The notes: a model not told the origin generated them from the sequence alone. A DNA stretch of 64,000 bases from Eledone cirrhosa (GCA_964016885.1 OZ024742.1:152024001-152088000); one strand, 5' to 3'; positions 46,276 through 63,232 are shown, numbered from the stretch's first letter. A program made the numbers and translations.

Positions 46276-46546
46276 AATATATGAACAATCGTCTGGTTGT
46301 GGAACCAACCAACTAACCGGAAATTTATAAATTCTTAAATTTATAAATTTAATTTATGATAAATTGAAGTGAAAGCGGCTGGTGCGTGTGTTTCTTATTG
46401 GCAACATGACCCTCCCAAAAAATAACAATATCGGTTTCAACACACGTTTTCAGATAAATAATCTTTCTAAACAAATTCAGAAACGAAATATAGAAATATA
46501 TATATATATATAAATGAAAGTTATAGAAAGTATTGTAATATATATA

Positions 46547-49500
46547 TAACGAAGGAAATGTGGTAAGGAACAAGATGGACCATAACGCACCAAAGTACTC
46601 AATACTTAGGGTAGTAGAGTGGGTAATAGGAACAAGTAGGACCCCGAATAGCCGAACTTCTAAGGGGGTAATTCCATATTTGGTAAAAGTGATAAGCTCA
46701 AGTTCTTTCACCCGCACCATGCGAAAACACAACATTGACTTCTCCACCAAGAACATCCCAGTTCCACCGAGAAAACACTACCTCCGGATGCTCACGCCCA
46801 AAATCGACCTCTTTGCGAAAAGACTAAGAAGGAGAACTTTTTTCTACGACAGATATTGCGACAATCAGGACTTCGATACCAAGGGGAGATTCGGATTTAA
46901 TACCTACAAATCTCCCCCTCCGAACCCTATGCTCTCACCCTTCGAGCATGACCTTTCCCAACTAGTCAAGAGCATTAAATTCAAACCCAGACACAACAGA
47001 TTCCTACAAAAACTCCGTAGCAACTTAACAGAGTATGAACACACCAATGACATCATAGTGCACTCGGATAAAACTGGTAACGTCTACTTCGTCAACCCCG
47101 ACAGATACCACACACTGATCAGGAGCAGCCTAAACTCCACCTATAAAAAGGCAAACCACTCAAGCATCGAGGACATAAATCGAGATGGACAACAAATTAC
47201 CTCCAGCCTCGGGGTCGCCGACCGCACGGAACCCCTAGACCCACGGACTCCCTACTTCACACTGAAGGACCACAAATCCGATTTCGACCGTAAAATAATT
47301 ATCAGGCTTATAAACCCAACGAAGTCCGACATAGGGAGAATCAGTAAAAACATCCTAGACTGCGTTATACCAAAAGTTAAGCAAAACACCAGACTTAGCC
47401 TATGGGTCCACTCCCGGGAAGTAATCTCATGGTTCAGCAATATGGAGGACAAACGAGACACAAAATTCATCCAGTTTGACATAGAGAGTTACTATGCTTC
47501 AATTACCTTACCGCTCCTTACGGCCGCCTTGGACTTTGCCGAGACACTTGCACCTATCACCGACCAGGAAATAAATATAATCCTCCACGCCAGGAAGACA
47601 GTCCTACTTTTCGACAACTCCAAATGGATAAAGAGAGCTCCCGACTCCCCCTTCGAGGTCAGTATGGGCGGGACGGATTCGGTTGAGGTCACAGATCTTA
47701 TAGGATTATTCCTCCTAGTTAAACTCACCGATATGTTTCCTGCATTCGGCGGTGGATTGTACCGTGATGATGGGCTCCTTACCCTTAAAGGGTACAACCC
47801 CAGTAGTACAGACCGGGTCCGTAAACAATTAATCAGCTTCTTCCACGACTGGGGATTTAAAATAACCCTACAAACGTCCCTAACCCGAGTAAACTTCCTG
47901 GACGTTACACTTGTCCTCGATAATGATCTGTACTACCCATACAGGAAACCCAACGACAACCTGCACTACATCCACCGCCGGTCGAACCACCCTAGAAACA
48001 TCTCCAATAACCTGGTTAAAAAGATCTCCCTCCGCATATCTCGTTTGTCCGCTAATGAGCAGATATTCGAGGAACATGTGCCTTATTACAACCAGGCCCT
48101 CAAACGGAGTGGCTTCCGGGAGGAAATATCCTATTATCCAGCTTCCATTAGTGGAATCAGCACGCGACACCGCCGCTCACGCAACGTAACATTGTTCAAT
48201 CCTCCCCACAACGCCGAGGTGACAACACCTTTCGGGAAAATCTTCTTTAGGCTCATCGAAAAACACTTCCCACTACAACACCGCTACCACAACATAATCA
48301 ACAAAAATACCACCAAACTCTCCTACAGCACCACACCTAACTTTGCATAAAACATCGTCTCCTCTAACAACAAAAAAGTCAACCCCTATGGAAGAAACCT
48401 AGATAGCAGTGGATAGTCGACCAGGAGGTGTAACTGTCCTGATGGATCCATTTGCCCCTCGACAACAGATGCAGAGATCGTAATATGATCTACCAGTGCA
48501 ACGTGAGGACGAACACCTCCAACAAAGCTTATATAGGATTAACCGCTTGTGACTTCAAGACCCGGCTATACCAACACAGACATACTTTCCGAGACCCGGC
48601 CCGGGGTCACGCCACTACACTTTCGGGCCACATCTGGGACCTCAAAGATAAGAATATAACCTATAATCTCACTTGGAGCTTATTGTCCAGAGCTAACTCT
48701 TACACGGGATGACACCGTCCGTGTAACTTATGCTCGGAGGAAATATTACAAATGCTGTTTTCGACGGACCAACTCCTAAACAAAAAAGACGAATTGGTAA
48801 CTGCATGCAAACACAGATTGCGTAGGACTTACCTCGCCCTCAAACCCCACAATGACCGGGGGTGGGGGAGGAGGTGGGGGGTTAGACAAGGGCTGAAACA
48901 CCCCACTTGCCGACTTTGTAGTGGTTAACCCCTGCTTACAAAGGTAGACGTAACTTTTTTGTATGGATTTTCTTATATATTTTTTATCGTTTCCTCTATA
49001 TTACTTTCTTCCCCCATCCCTTCCTAGTCCTTCCACTCCAGATCTTTTTTGTTGTCATTCTTTTCACCTTGTCGCCCACCCCGAGGCAGCCCTTCGGTCC
49101 TCTGTAGCCTCAGTACCCCCCCCCCCCCTTATTCTATGATAGAATTGACCGATCCCGCATTTTATACCAGATGTGTTAGACCCAAGATACTTGCTTTCTT
49201 CTCTGATTGCTGCGCAATTTCCGTGATTTCTAGATTTCTTAGTGGTATTTCTGCTTTAGTTTCTCGTATATCAGTATTTCAATTTTTTTTTTGGGGGGGG
49301 GGGGGGGGGGGTATTCTGAATTAATTTTTCGTATTAGTTTTTCATATATATCGTACAAGCTTTTATATAGTTTGTATTAGAATTTATGTATTATAGTAGT
49401 ACTCATATATATCGTATTGGTATTCATGTTTCGGGATTCTGAATTAATATTTCGTATTAGTTTCGGGCCTCTGAATTATTATTTCGTATTAGTTTTTCTT

Positions 49501-50118
49501 TTTTTAGTATTTTGGCCCCCTACTTGTTGACCTGTCATTGTAAGATATATTTGGCCAATTACTACTAACTCATAAAAGTCTTTCACTACAATCTCGTATT
49601 TAGTGTTCCGTCCCACCTATTAAACGTTTTTGTAGCTTACCAGTACCAGTGAGAGATTTGATGATTGTGGAAGGTGAATAGTAACCAGAAATTGTGTTTT
49701 TTTTTAAAAATATTTTTTATATTTTTTATATTTTTCTATATATTTACTCCATATAGATTTAATTATTGTTTCGACATCCTCCCTCCTCCCCTTCTCTAGT
49801 ATACTTCTTTCAACCTCCTATCCTTTGATTCTGCTGTAGTTGTCACATTCAACGCTCGACAGGGTTTCCTCCACTCCCTCTCCCTCTTTCTTCTACTGGC
49901 AAGTTCAGCTACCCCTACCTTCTACAGAATGCCATGATAGAATCATGTGTCTCAACAACAAACTTTTGACCAATCCTTGTTACAATCACTTTTACCAAAT
50001 ATGGAATTCCCCCCTGAGGAGTTCAGCTATTCATTTAACAGGATAAAAATGTTCATTTAGTCCACAATTAGCCGTCAAAACGGCTTGAGCTCAGCCGTCA
50101 GGGTCCTACTCGTTGCTA
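46547..50118 (+). mobile_element. Near full-length Penelope-like retroelement (Nematis-like by motifs) with inverted 5' pLTR and 3' pLTR (family U)
   Basis: The inverted pLTR at 46547-46692 mirrors 49985-50118 where they overlap. RT and GIY-YIG lie in between. The 3' pLTR HHR at 50010-50103 reads CCCC-CTGAGGA-..-AAAA-CGGC..GCCG-TC-AGGG. Confidence 0.88.
46719..48850 (+). pseudogene. PLE RT plus GIY-YIG ORF (RT uninterrupted to 48350; stops and a frameshift afterwards)
   Basis: MRKHNIDFSTKNIP, HSDKTGNVY, FIQFDIESYYASI, FEVSMGGTDS, GGLYRDDGL, FLDVTL, FNPP, SYSTTPN*, CNC..CP, IYQC..AYIGLTACDFKTRLYQH, CNLCSEE, CKH. Confidence 0.9.
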
Positions 50119-50147
50119 TATATATTTATATATATATATATATATAT

Positions 50148-51630
50148 TTTACTCTTGATTTGGCCAGAGAATTATATTTCCAGATACCTTTTAAACGTAA
50201 CTTTCCGTATTTATTACTGTTATGAGATATTGTTTGTTATTTAAGTATCACTTCTCTGTTTTTAGCCTAAGAAACTATCTATATGCGTGTGTAATTAATA
50301 CATGCATACATTTATTTTAAAAACATTAATTGAGTTCTTAACACGCAGGATTAAAATTGTTTTTTTTTAAATAACTAATTAACCCACGTGTATATTATTT
50401 TACTTTCTTGTGTTTCGCGATTGCCTCCCTTTTCCGCTTCGTGACGCTGTGAAATTCCTCAGTCTAAAGACTGCTGGAATTTCAAATTTGGCGGTCATTA
50501 TGATGCGTGAAGGGACGACTTAGCTGACACGAAAAATAACTGCGGTAAGAAATGTTTTCTCACATCAAAGTTTGATGGGAATCCACTGATGATTTATAAG
50601 TGCCCACCTACATGTGTTCTTACATAAAAATATGTAGGCTTCTACATAAACCGGAAACATTCTCCCAACTTGTAGAAAACTTATAATGAAACAATTGTTT
50701 GGAAAGAGAGATATATTTTAATTTTAATTATATCTCATATAAAATAATACAACTGGCTTTCCACAAAATACATATAGTTAGCACCCCAAACACAAAATTG
50801 GGATTATACTAACGTATATCCTAATGTTTGTTGAGTGAGATGGTAGCCAGTCAGAGTTTAGCTTAACACTTTCTCTGTTATTATATTAAATAGTTTACTC
50901 TTGATTTGGCCAGATAATTATATTTCCAGATACCTTTTAAACGTAACTTTCCGTATTTATTACTGTTATGAGATATTGTTTGTTATTTAGGTATCACTTC
51001 TCTGTTTTTAGCCTAAGAAAATATCTATATGCGTGTGTAATTAATACATGCATACATATATTTAAAAAAAATTAATTGAGTTCTTAACACGCAGGATTAA
51101 AATTGTTTTTTTAAAAGAACTAATTAACCCACGTGTATATTATTTTACTTTCTTGTGTTTCGCGATTGCCTCCCTTTTCCGCTTCGTGACGCTGTGAAAT
51201 TCCTCAGTCTAAAGACTGCTGGAATTTCAAATTTGGCGGTCATTATGATGCGTGAACGGACGACTTAGCTGACACGAAAAATAACTGCGGTAAGAAATGT
51301 TTTCTTACATCAAAGTTTGATGGGCATCCACTGATGATTTATAAGTGCCCACCTACATGTGTTCTTACATAAAAATACGTAGGCTTCTACATAAAGCGGA
51401 AACATTCTCCCAACTTGTAGAAAACTTATAATGAAACAATTGTTTGGAAAGAGAGATATATTTTAATTTTAATTATATCTCATATAAAATAATACAACTG
51501 GCTTTCCACAAAATACATATAGTTAGCACCCAAAACACAAAATTGGGATTATACTAACGTATATCCTAATGTTTGTTGAGTGAGATGATAGCCAGTCAGA
51601 GTTTAGCTTAAAGCTTTCTCTGTTATTGTA

Positions 51631-51634
<4 letters not shown>
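50148..51634 (+). mobile_element. Head-to-tail dimer of a ~745-bp non-coding monomer, one HHR per unit, family J (retrozyme-like)
   Basis: 50148-50893 is nearly identical to 50894-51634. HHRs at 50582-50703 and 51327-51448: TCCA-CTGATGA-TTTATAAGT...ACTTATAAT-GAAA-CAATTG-TT-TGGA. Flanked by (TA)n. Confidence 0.85.
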
Positions 51635-55063
<3,429 letters not shown>

Positions 55064-55114
55064 ATAATAACTTGTGTGTTACACCTCTATTCTTTTAACT
55101 ATATATATATATAT

Positions 55115-55158
<44 letters not shown>

Positions 55159-55161
<3 letters not shown>

Positions 55162-55690
55162 CAAGTTTGTCCTCATCAGTGGCCTTCCAACCGTCGTAGG
55201 CATTTCGTCGCATTAAAGGCCATATACCTCAGGTTGGTGCGAGCAACGGCTAAAAAAAGTCGTTGGGACACGTAAATAAGGGGGACGCTCGGGTAAACAA
55301 ACAAAATGGTTTAAGCAACAGAAAGTGATGAAGAAGAAACAAGTCACAGAACTTATGTTTACCGAATTCGCTAGACCAGACCCCTTCTTCCTCCCGTTAG
55401 ACCTGTGCGAAATTCCTTCCTTGCTCACATTTCAACCAGGTTTGATGGTCTTTATTCTCTCGTTCACGATTCCACCGAATTTATATTCATAGAAATCTGG
55501 GACTTGTTTCTTCTTCATCACTTTCTGTTGCTTAAACCAGTTTGTTTGTTTATTCTAGTGTCCCCCTTATTTACGTGTCCCAACGACTTTTTTTAGCCGT
55601 TGTTCGCACCAACCTGAGGTATATGGCCTTTAATGCGACGAAATGCCTACGACGGTTGGAAGGCCACTGATGAGGACAAACCTTTTCATA
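55159..55690. mobile_element. Inverted-repeat element, family P, ending in a half hammerhead
   Basis: Arms ~55159-55345 and ~55500-55690. Both end in GGCCA-CTGATGA-GGACAAAC.. with no GAAA following. Confidence 0.65.
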
Positions 55691-55727
55691 TGTAACCCAT
55701 TTGCAGCGCCGCAGCTCCATTATTATC

Positions 55728-55758
<31 letters not shown>

Positions 55759-55759
55759 G

Positions 55760-55935
55760 GAAGGCGTATGGCTGAGTCGTTAGAGAATTGGATTCGCAAT
55801 CGTGAATTTGTGAGTTCGATTCCCAGACAGGGTGATGCGTTATGTCCTTGAGCAAGACACTTTATTTCACGTTGGTCTTTCTACCTGGTGTTGCGACCGA
55901 TAGATAGTATTAGCAACTAGAAAGACCAATGGAAA
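55760..55935 (+). mobile_element. tRNA-derived SINE (family 1)
   Basis: GAAGGCGTATGGCTGAGTCG...GAGTTCGATTCCC...TGTCCTTGAGCAAGACAC. Homologous to 10240-10458. Confidence 0.78.
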
Positions 55936-56378
55936 CAAAGTCGCATCAGGAGACACTTATGGACTTCTTATGTTGGCATTTTTGACTCTGAAAACAGGGA
56001 ATTCTTTAAACACTGGAAGTGATGAATGGTCATGTGGTACATTATTATTCCCTTTTCCTTGCTTTAGTAATAGTATTTGGATAAATTGATGTAAATAAAC
56101 AATTTCACTTTCATCGTTGAATATAGTAGTAGTAATGTTGTGGGTGAATTAGTGCTACGTAGTGACAGTGAAGTGATGGCTTTCAAGAGTGGCTACTTTG
56201 CTGAAGAGGTCTGCGATATTATTACGATTGGAAGTGTCTTAACCTTTCTGATGAATACAGCCGATCTTTCTACTTAACACCGTATAGAGACAACAGACTG
56301 GTATTCTGCTACTATATGAATAGAAACATCATGGATAAATTTATTATAACAGTATTTATTATTAATAATTCTTTCTAA

Positions 56379-56590
56379 CGGCGGTGGATTGGCAGTATCG
56401 GTAGAGCGCCGGATAAAATGTTTCGTAGCATAGAGTTACGGCCCTTTGCCTTCTGATTTCAAATCCCGCCGAGGTTAGCTTTGCCTTTCATCCTTACGTA
56501 GTCGATAAAATAAAGTACCAGTAACGTACTGAGGTCGATGTAATCAACTTTCCCATTTTCCAAAATGATTGGCTTTGTGCATATATAAGA
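56379..56590 (+). mobile_element. tRNA-derived SINE (family 2), with a degenerate inverted copy at ~56620-56815
   Basis: GGCGGTGGATTGGCAGTATCGG...TTCAAATCCCGCCGAGG...TTTGCCTTTCATCC. Confidence 0.8.
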
Positions 56591-57169
56591 AATCATTATT
56601 AATAATTCTTTCTAATATTGCCACATTGTCAGAAATGTGAAAGGAAGGGAATATCGATTATATCAATCACAGTGCTTTACTTTTACTTCATTTTATCGAC
56701 CCCGGAAGGATGAAAGGCAATATTCGCCTCGGCAGGATTTGAATGTAAAGAAACGTAACTGGGTGCTACAAAGCATTCCAACCAATGCACTAATGATTCT
56801 GTCAATCAAACATCCTTAATATTATTATCAATAATGATGAAGACACATCAGAATTGTGAAGGTTTTAAGATATCACACTAACTTTGATTATATGCTAACA
56901 ATATACATTTAGACTCCCTCAGTCAGAGAAATGTAGGATGTAGCAACAGTACACTAACGAGGTTTTTAAGATTAGTGATTGCAAAGAAGACCTAGAATAT
57001 ATAGAACAATATTGTAATATGTTTACAAGACACAATATAACGATTATCTACAATTATTTGGATAACATTGCAAACATAGTTGTAAAACAGTGAACACCCA
57101 AAGCAATTACCTCAATGTAATTGCATCAATACAACATTCTGCCCACTTAAAAGCAAACACCTCAGATTG

Positions 57170-57450
57170 GTCTTATATCCAAAGCTAAAATAACATCCAC
57201 ATATGCTATGGAAAAGAAATATATGTCATATAGAGAACGTATTAGAAGGCTGGAATACACAGTATACTCGCTCTTGAAAATTATGTCATTTGGGCACATC
57301 TGAAAAACAGTAGAATCTATAGGATACTTGAAACCTGATGCTACCAGATCAAAGAGTTACAGCGTATTTTTAGCTGAAAAATGTAATACTTTGAATCAAT
57401 CATTTAAAATGTTAACAAAATCCCCTAAGACTTTTCCGTGTAGAAATAAC
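57170..57450 (+). pseudogene. Highly decayed GIY-YIG-like remnant
   Basis: Fragments KAKITSTYAMEKKY and FLAEKCN resemble PLE endonuclease motifs. Many disruptions. Confidence 0.3.
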
Positions 57451-59223
57451 TGAATAAATTTTGAAGCAGTGTCATCACATCACCACACGTCTATAGCGCT
57501 GCCAACAGCTAATCTGCAACACTGACATATAAGTAATTTTCATTTAAATAGCACCAACTTCTATATTGCATAAATAAACAGTACTTTTAACAACCATAGA
57601 GAAATAATTTCCTTTAGAATCTGGAAGTGACAAGTAACATGACAACTATTAAAAATTCCTGTCCCCCGACACAATACAAATAACTTGCTAGCCTGCGTTA
57701 ATATACATAAGAATACTATCGGAACAAAATTGTCCAACGGAAAATGTACAATCAAAAGCAATGACCCGTGTCGCAGTAGAGACCTCTGGTGTCTAGGCCA
57801 TAGGACCACCTCCCGATTCACCATCATCGGCACAGAGTTGGCAACCCGTAGATGTAAGCCTCGCCAGCTGGAATGGCTCTTCCAACGCATCTCTCTCACA
57901 ATCCTTCTCTACTCTGTCCGACGTAGACCCTATTTGGTCACAATAGTGAGAGATGGGGAGAGCGAGAAAGACGGATGCAGAGACTATACCAGCATTGCTG
58001 AAGTATCTTGTACACTTAAACATTCTGCTTTAAATAAACTAGTATTGTGTGCATACAGCTTTTTACCTTTTGTGCTAGGATATGGTTTCCCCCACATCAC
58101 AGAATGCTTTTGAGAGGTCCATAAAATAAACTGAACAAAGATACCATTCATGACCCCAATCCTCCCCTTTTATAAACCGTGACGTAGGGCTCTCCCGCTC
58201 ATTTTATCTACGTGTTACTGGGTTCAACATATTTTTGGTGGTTCGTAAAATATTTTAAAAATATCTACCAACGAATGATATACTTAAAAGTTGATACCCA
58301 CAGCACCACCACGCATATACACTCACTCACACACACATAGCACTAAAGCACTCATGAAACACATCTGGCGATAGAATAAGGTTGCATGTACAGGTGACAA
58401 CGGGTGAACTCTCCTGACCGGTATGAAAAGATTAAGTACAGTTTAAACGTTGACATTTTTGTTGAACTGTAAAAAGGTCAAATCGTAAATCGCACATATG
58501 TGAAAATGACACTCACATCCCTCCCCCTCCCCTCATCTCGACTTGTAGACCTAGTCTGACACTTTTGCTATTTCATTTCAGAGAAGATAACTAGGAACCG
58601 GTACCGTCAAACATCACGTTGATAATCAGCTACTACAAATGCGCGCTGAAGATTTCGGTGTTAACATTCTTACATACCAAGGTGAAATGAGGGTGAAGAC
58701 AGCACAGAACTGATTAGACACTATATCTATCTATTTCTGTATACGTACAAGTGGAAGCTTAGTAAAATCGAAGCTTTGGCTGTGGCCAAGCAAAGTTGAC
58801 CTACAATAAGGAATGAGTAGCAAAGCACACAATAAGGGTAGGTCCTTAGAGTAATAACATTACTTTTAAAAAGCTTGATATATATATGCAAATATATATA
58901 TACATATATATACACAGTTCAAGAGTAACCAATCTTAAAGAGAGAGATGGAGGTAGGACAGGAGATAGGAGAGGAGAGATTGGTGAATTAGAAGCCAAAG
59001 CGTAAAGGCATGTGCTCAATGTGCAATATGCAGTAGAAAGCAACTGGGTGGCTGTGTTCATGCAGAGGTTAGGTGCACAGAGCTGGAAATATTGATTAGT
59101 TAAGCAAAACAAGACCACAAATTTCACAAGGATGACACTATTAAAAGATTGTCAACATATTTTAGTTTGATGTAAGGAATGTAGAGAATAATAATAATAA
59201 TATTAATAATAATAATAATGTCC

Positions 59224-59342
59224 GTTTACAATTGTTTCGCTACTCCATATAATATTTCTGGATCAAATGATTATATATCATTATTGATCTGCTTCAGTTG
59301 AAAATAATTCACATAGGTAAAGATAGAGCAGCTCATCGGAAC
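59224..59342 (-). ncRNA. Hammerhead with CCGAUGA core and long loop II, family V
   Basis: Minus strand: GTT-CCGATGA-GCTGCTCTAT(74 nt)ATGGAGTAGC-GAAA-CAATTG-TA-AAC. The 3' copy (62481-62578) has lost the 3' strand of stem II and GAAACAATTG. Confidence 0.72.
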
Positions 59343-59588
59343 TTCAAAAGGAATATAAATTAAAATAAGGAAAGAATGTTACATAAATGTAATGTTCCAC
59401 TATGGTGTCCTGGGTATATCAATTTTCTGCCATAGTGGAGCAGTATTCTTCTGTCGAAGCTGTATTTTGTCAGATCTGCCTATGGGTAACAAGATGGCCG
59501 CCAATGGACATATTTACCTTACTAATTAGATGTCGAACATCTGTTGTTAGGGTCTCGGAAGTTGAGCTATTTACTGTTAGAAGTCGCC

Positions 59589-62129
59589 ATGTTGAGCAAG
59601 CAGGAACTCAGGGTGTCACTTAAGTCCATACTTATCCCGGACAGGAAGACATACCTCAAACCCCTAATACAGAGTGTCAACTCTTTCATCCGAAGAATAC
59701 GATGGAAAGCCTTCCACTTTGACCGTGCGGGTGCTGCTTACGCCGGAAGTACAGCAAACAGATATGGATTTACCATCTGCAAGAACCCCCCACACAACAT
59801 CCTGCTGGACCGTTTTGAGAAAGATCTATTTAACTTCGTCAGGAGCATTAAATTCAAAAAGCATTATAAACAGAAGAATAATTTCCACATAAAATTAGCA
59901 ACAACTATAAAAAAATTTAAAGATCGCCACCTCTTACATGTTATGTCTGACAAAACCAAAAATCTATACACCATGACTCCTGAAACTTACAACTCTTTCC
60001 TTCTTAAGGAACTTAATAAAAACTACAAAAAAAAACTATACGCTCCAGTGTAAACTTACTTGACAGAAAAGCCCAGGCTTTGGTTAAGGACTTGCATCTG
60101 GATAGATTTACCGACCCTTATGTACCAACAACCCAAAGGTTTTCTGTCAAGGATCATAAGCGAAACTTTATAGAGAACCCATCTATTAGACTTATAAGCC
60201 CAACCACATCCGACTTGAGTCGTATCAGTAAGAACATACTTGATAGGATCATCCCTTGGCTACGAGATGATATCACCAACAAGTTGTGGTCCAACTCCGG
60301 CCAAGTCATTATATGGTTCTCCGATCTAAGGTCCAAAGAATCTATGAGGTTCATCCAATTTGACATTGACAGCAATTACGCTTCAATAACCCGGAACTGC
60401 TCAACAAAGCATTAACCCTAGCCAGCACCAACTCTGACATAACCAATAATGAGATTGACATCATACTTATGGCTAGGCAGACATCATTGAATTCAACGGA
60501 ACACTCTGGACTAGAAAGGACAGAGGAGACAACTTTAACATCACGATGGGCTAAAGTGACTCTGCGCAAATCACCGATTTAGTTGGAATTTACCTATTAC
60601 ATAACATCAGAGCCGAAATTCAACCCTTGCAAGGCGGAATATACAGGGACGACGCCCTATTTGCAGTCCACAATTGCACTAATCGAGGCATTGACTTGCT
60701 CAAAAAACAATTACATAGATTCTTTAAAAATAACGGTCTCTCTATCACCATCGAGCCGAACCATAAAGTAGTAAACTTCCTAGAAGTTACTCTGGATCTT
60801 AACAATAACCTATATTACCCTTACCATAAACCAGGTGAAATACTTACATATATTAGCCCACACTCTAACCATCCATCGGCAGTCATCAGAGCAGTAATCA
60901 AATCTATCTTGTATAGGATCTCCATGCTATCAGAAAATGAGGAGATATTTATAAACCATGCGGCATATTATAATAAGGCTCTTTCTGAATCTGGTTATGA
61001 ACAGTCCAGTTACTACATACCTAAATGCCATAACACAGCAATTCACCACAACCATCATAAACTTAACACTAGAACTAGAAATACCTTAGCATATAGCAAA
61101 ATTCGCCGGAACTTTAGCACCTATGCAGGGAACCTTAATGATGGCAGTGGCCTGCTTCCCACTCTAAGTAGCAAACTAAAAATCAAAACTAGAATTGGAA
61201 TGAGCAATGGGATGACAAATAACAAATGCCCAAGTAATAATAACCCTATGAAGGCCCCCTACTAACACCACTAGAACCCCTAGAAGGAATAGGCCTAGAA
61301 ATCTAGAAATGTCACCTGGCTTAACCCCCCCATTCTCATCTAATCTAGCCACTAATATCCCTAAACGCTTCTTCTCTATCCTATCTAAACATTTCCCCCC
61401 ACAACCATAGATATTACAAACTCTTTAATAAAAATAACATTAAAATCTCATTCTCCACAACACCTAACCTAGCTAGCAATATCGCATTCAGTAACCATCA
61501 TAAACTAAGACAGTATAACTCCCACACCGCGGTACCACCCCCCATCAAATACACCACGCCACTACACCAATACTTACTCTAGTAGCACACCTCCCCCATC
61601 TAATCATTCTAGCACTGACCAACCGCTTAGGTTAAACAACCCTACTCTCACTAACCGCAGAAGTAACTGCAACTGCCGTTACCCTAATGCATGCCCACTA
61701 AATGTACATTGCCTGAAACCCAACATAGTCTATAGGTGCACGGTTAAAACTGCTTCGCATACCAGCTCCTATATCGGGTCTACCTCTAACCCTTTTAAGG
61801 TACGCTATAACGCGCACTCTTTTTCCATTCGATACCCTAACAACAGATGTTCGACATCTCTAACTAGGCTCATTAAAAAGCTTAAATTAACCAACATTTA
61901 ACACTCACTAACATGGGATATCATGGCTAGGGCCCAACCGTTCAATGGACGAAGAAAATCTTGTAACATCTGTCTTACCGAAGCATATTACATAACTCTT
62001 TCACGACCTCTACCGATTAACGATAGAACGGAGGTAACTATTAGCTGTCAACATCGAAGGGCTAATTCCTTCGCCAAAAGAATATTTGACCCAACAAAGT
62101 CACCTAGCCCCATTTTTACTTGTAGCTAA
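59589..62129 (+). pseudogene. PLE RT plus GIY-YIG, frameshifted
   Basis: SLKSILIPDRKTY, MSDKTKNLY, FIQFDIDSNYASI, GGIYRDDALF, VNFLEVTLDL, CNC..CPL, YIGST, CNICLTE, CQH. Confidence 0.9.
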
Positions 62130-62893
62130 TAAGTTAAATAGCTATAACTAACTTAGATAATTATAAGTTACCTCCCTTACATTGTCTCTCAATTAAAAAA
62201 ATTAAAAAATTAGCACTTAACTATAAACTACCCACAATTTCTAATCTCTCGAGGAGTTACTTCCCCTGAAACCACCCTCTAATTAGTAAGGTAAATATGT
62301 CCAATGGAGGCCATCTTGTTACCCATAGGCAGATCTCACACAATGCAGCCTCGACAGAAGAATACTGCTCGACTATGGCAGACAATTGATATACCCAGGA
62401 CACGAGAGTGAAATACGAATATATGGAACATTACATTTATGTAACATTCTCCCCTTATATTAATTTATATTCCTTTTGAAGTTCCGATGAGCTGCTCTAT
62501 CTTTACCTATGTTAATTATTTTCAACTGAACCACATCAATAATGATATATAATCATTTGATCCAGAAATATTATAAACGGACATTATTATTATTATTAAT
62601 ATTATTATTATTATTTTCTACATTCCTTACATCAAACTAAAATATATTGACAATCTTTTAATAATGACATCCTTGTGAAATTTATGCTCTTGTTTTGCTT
62701 AAATAATCAATACATACATATATATATATGGAAAGTTATATTTAAAATTGTTGGGTTACAACTAGTAAATATTTATAACTGATATAAAAGCACTCGACAA
62801 ATATTTGGAGTATATTTACAATATTAAATAAATGGAACCTATATTTATAAAACCATATTTATTTCATTATATATATTTCGGGGATATCATATT

Positions 62894-63007
<114 letters not shown>

Positions 63008-63072
63008 CATACCTATATATATATATATTTTCATATATGTAAATATATATATATATATATAGGTAAGCACAT

Positions 63073-63109
<37 letters not shown>

Positions 63110-63130
63110 TATATATATGTATATATATGC

Positions 63131-63215
<85 letters not shown>

Positions 63216-63232
63216 TATATACATATATATAA

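Larger units (their letters stand above)
59090..62712 (+). mobile_element. Full-length decayed PLE (Nematis-like) with ~435-bp inverted pLTRs (family V)
   Basis: 59090-59530 is the reverse complement of 62278-62712. RT and GIY-YIG fragments lie in between. Confidence 0.9.

Noticed and set aside
46560-46718. N-terminal extension of the 596-aa ORF
   Set aside because: It is read-through of the inverted pLTR. Homologous PLE ORFs here begin near the KNIP motif, so ATG 46719 is the likelier start.
48348-48712. In-frame stops in the PLE ORF as possible selenocysteine or read-through recoding
   Set aside because: The stops are mixed (TAA, TAG, TGA), are not at Cys positions and come with a frameshift. 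This is ordinary decay.
57470-58100. Possible solo LTR (TGT...ACA ends, AATAAA near the 3' end)
   Set aside because: No target-site duplication and no second copy in the window. Insufficient support.
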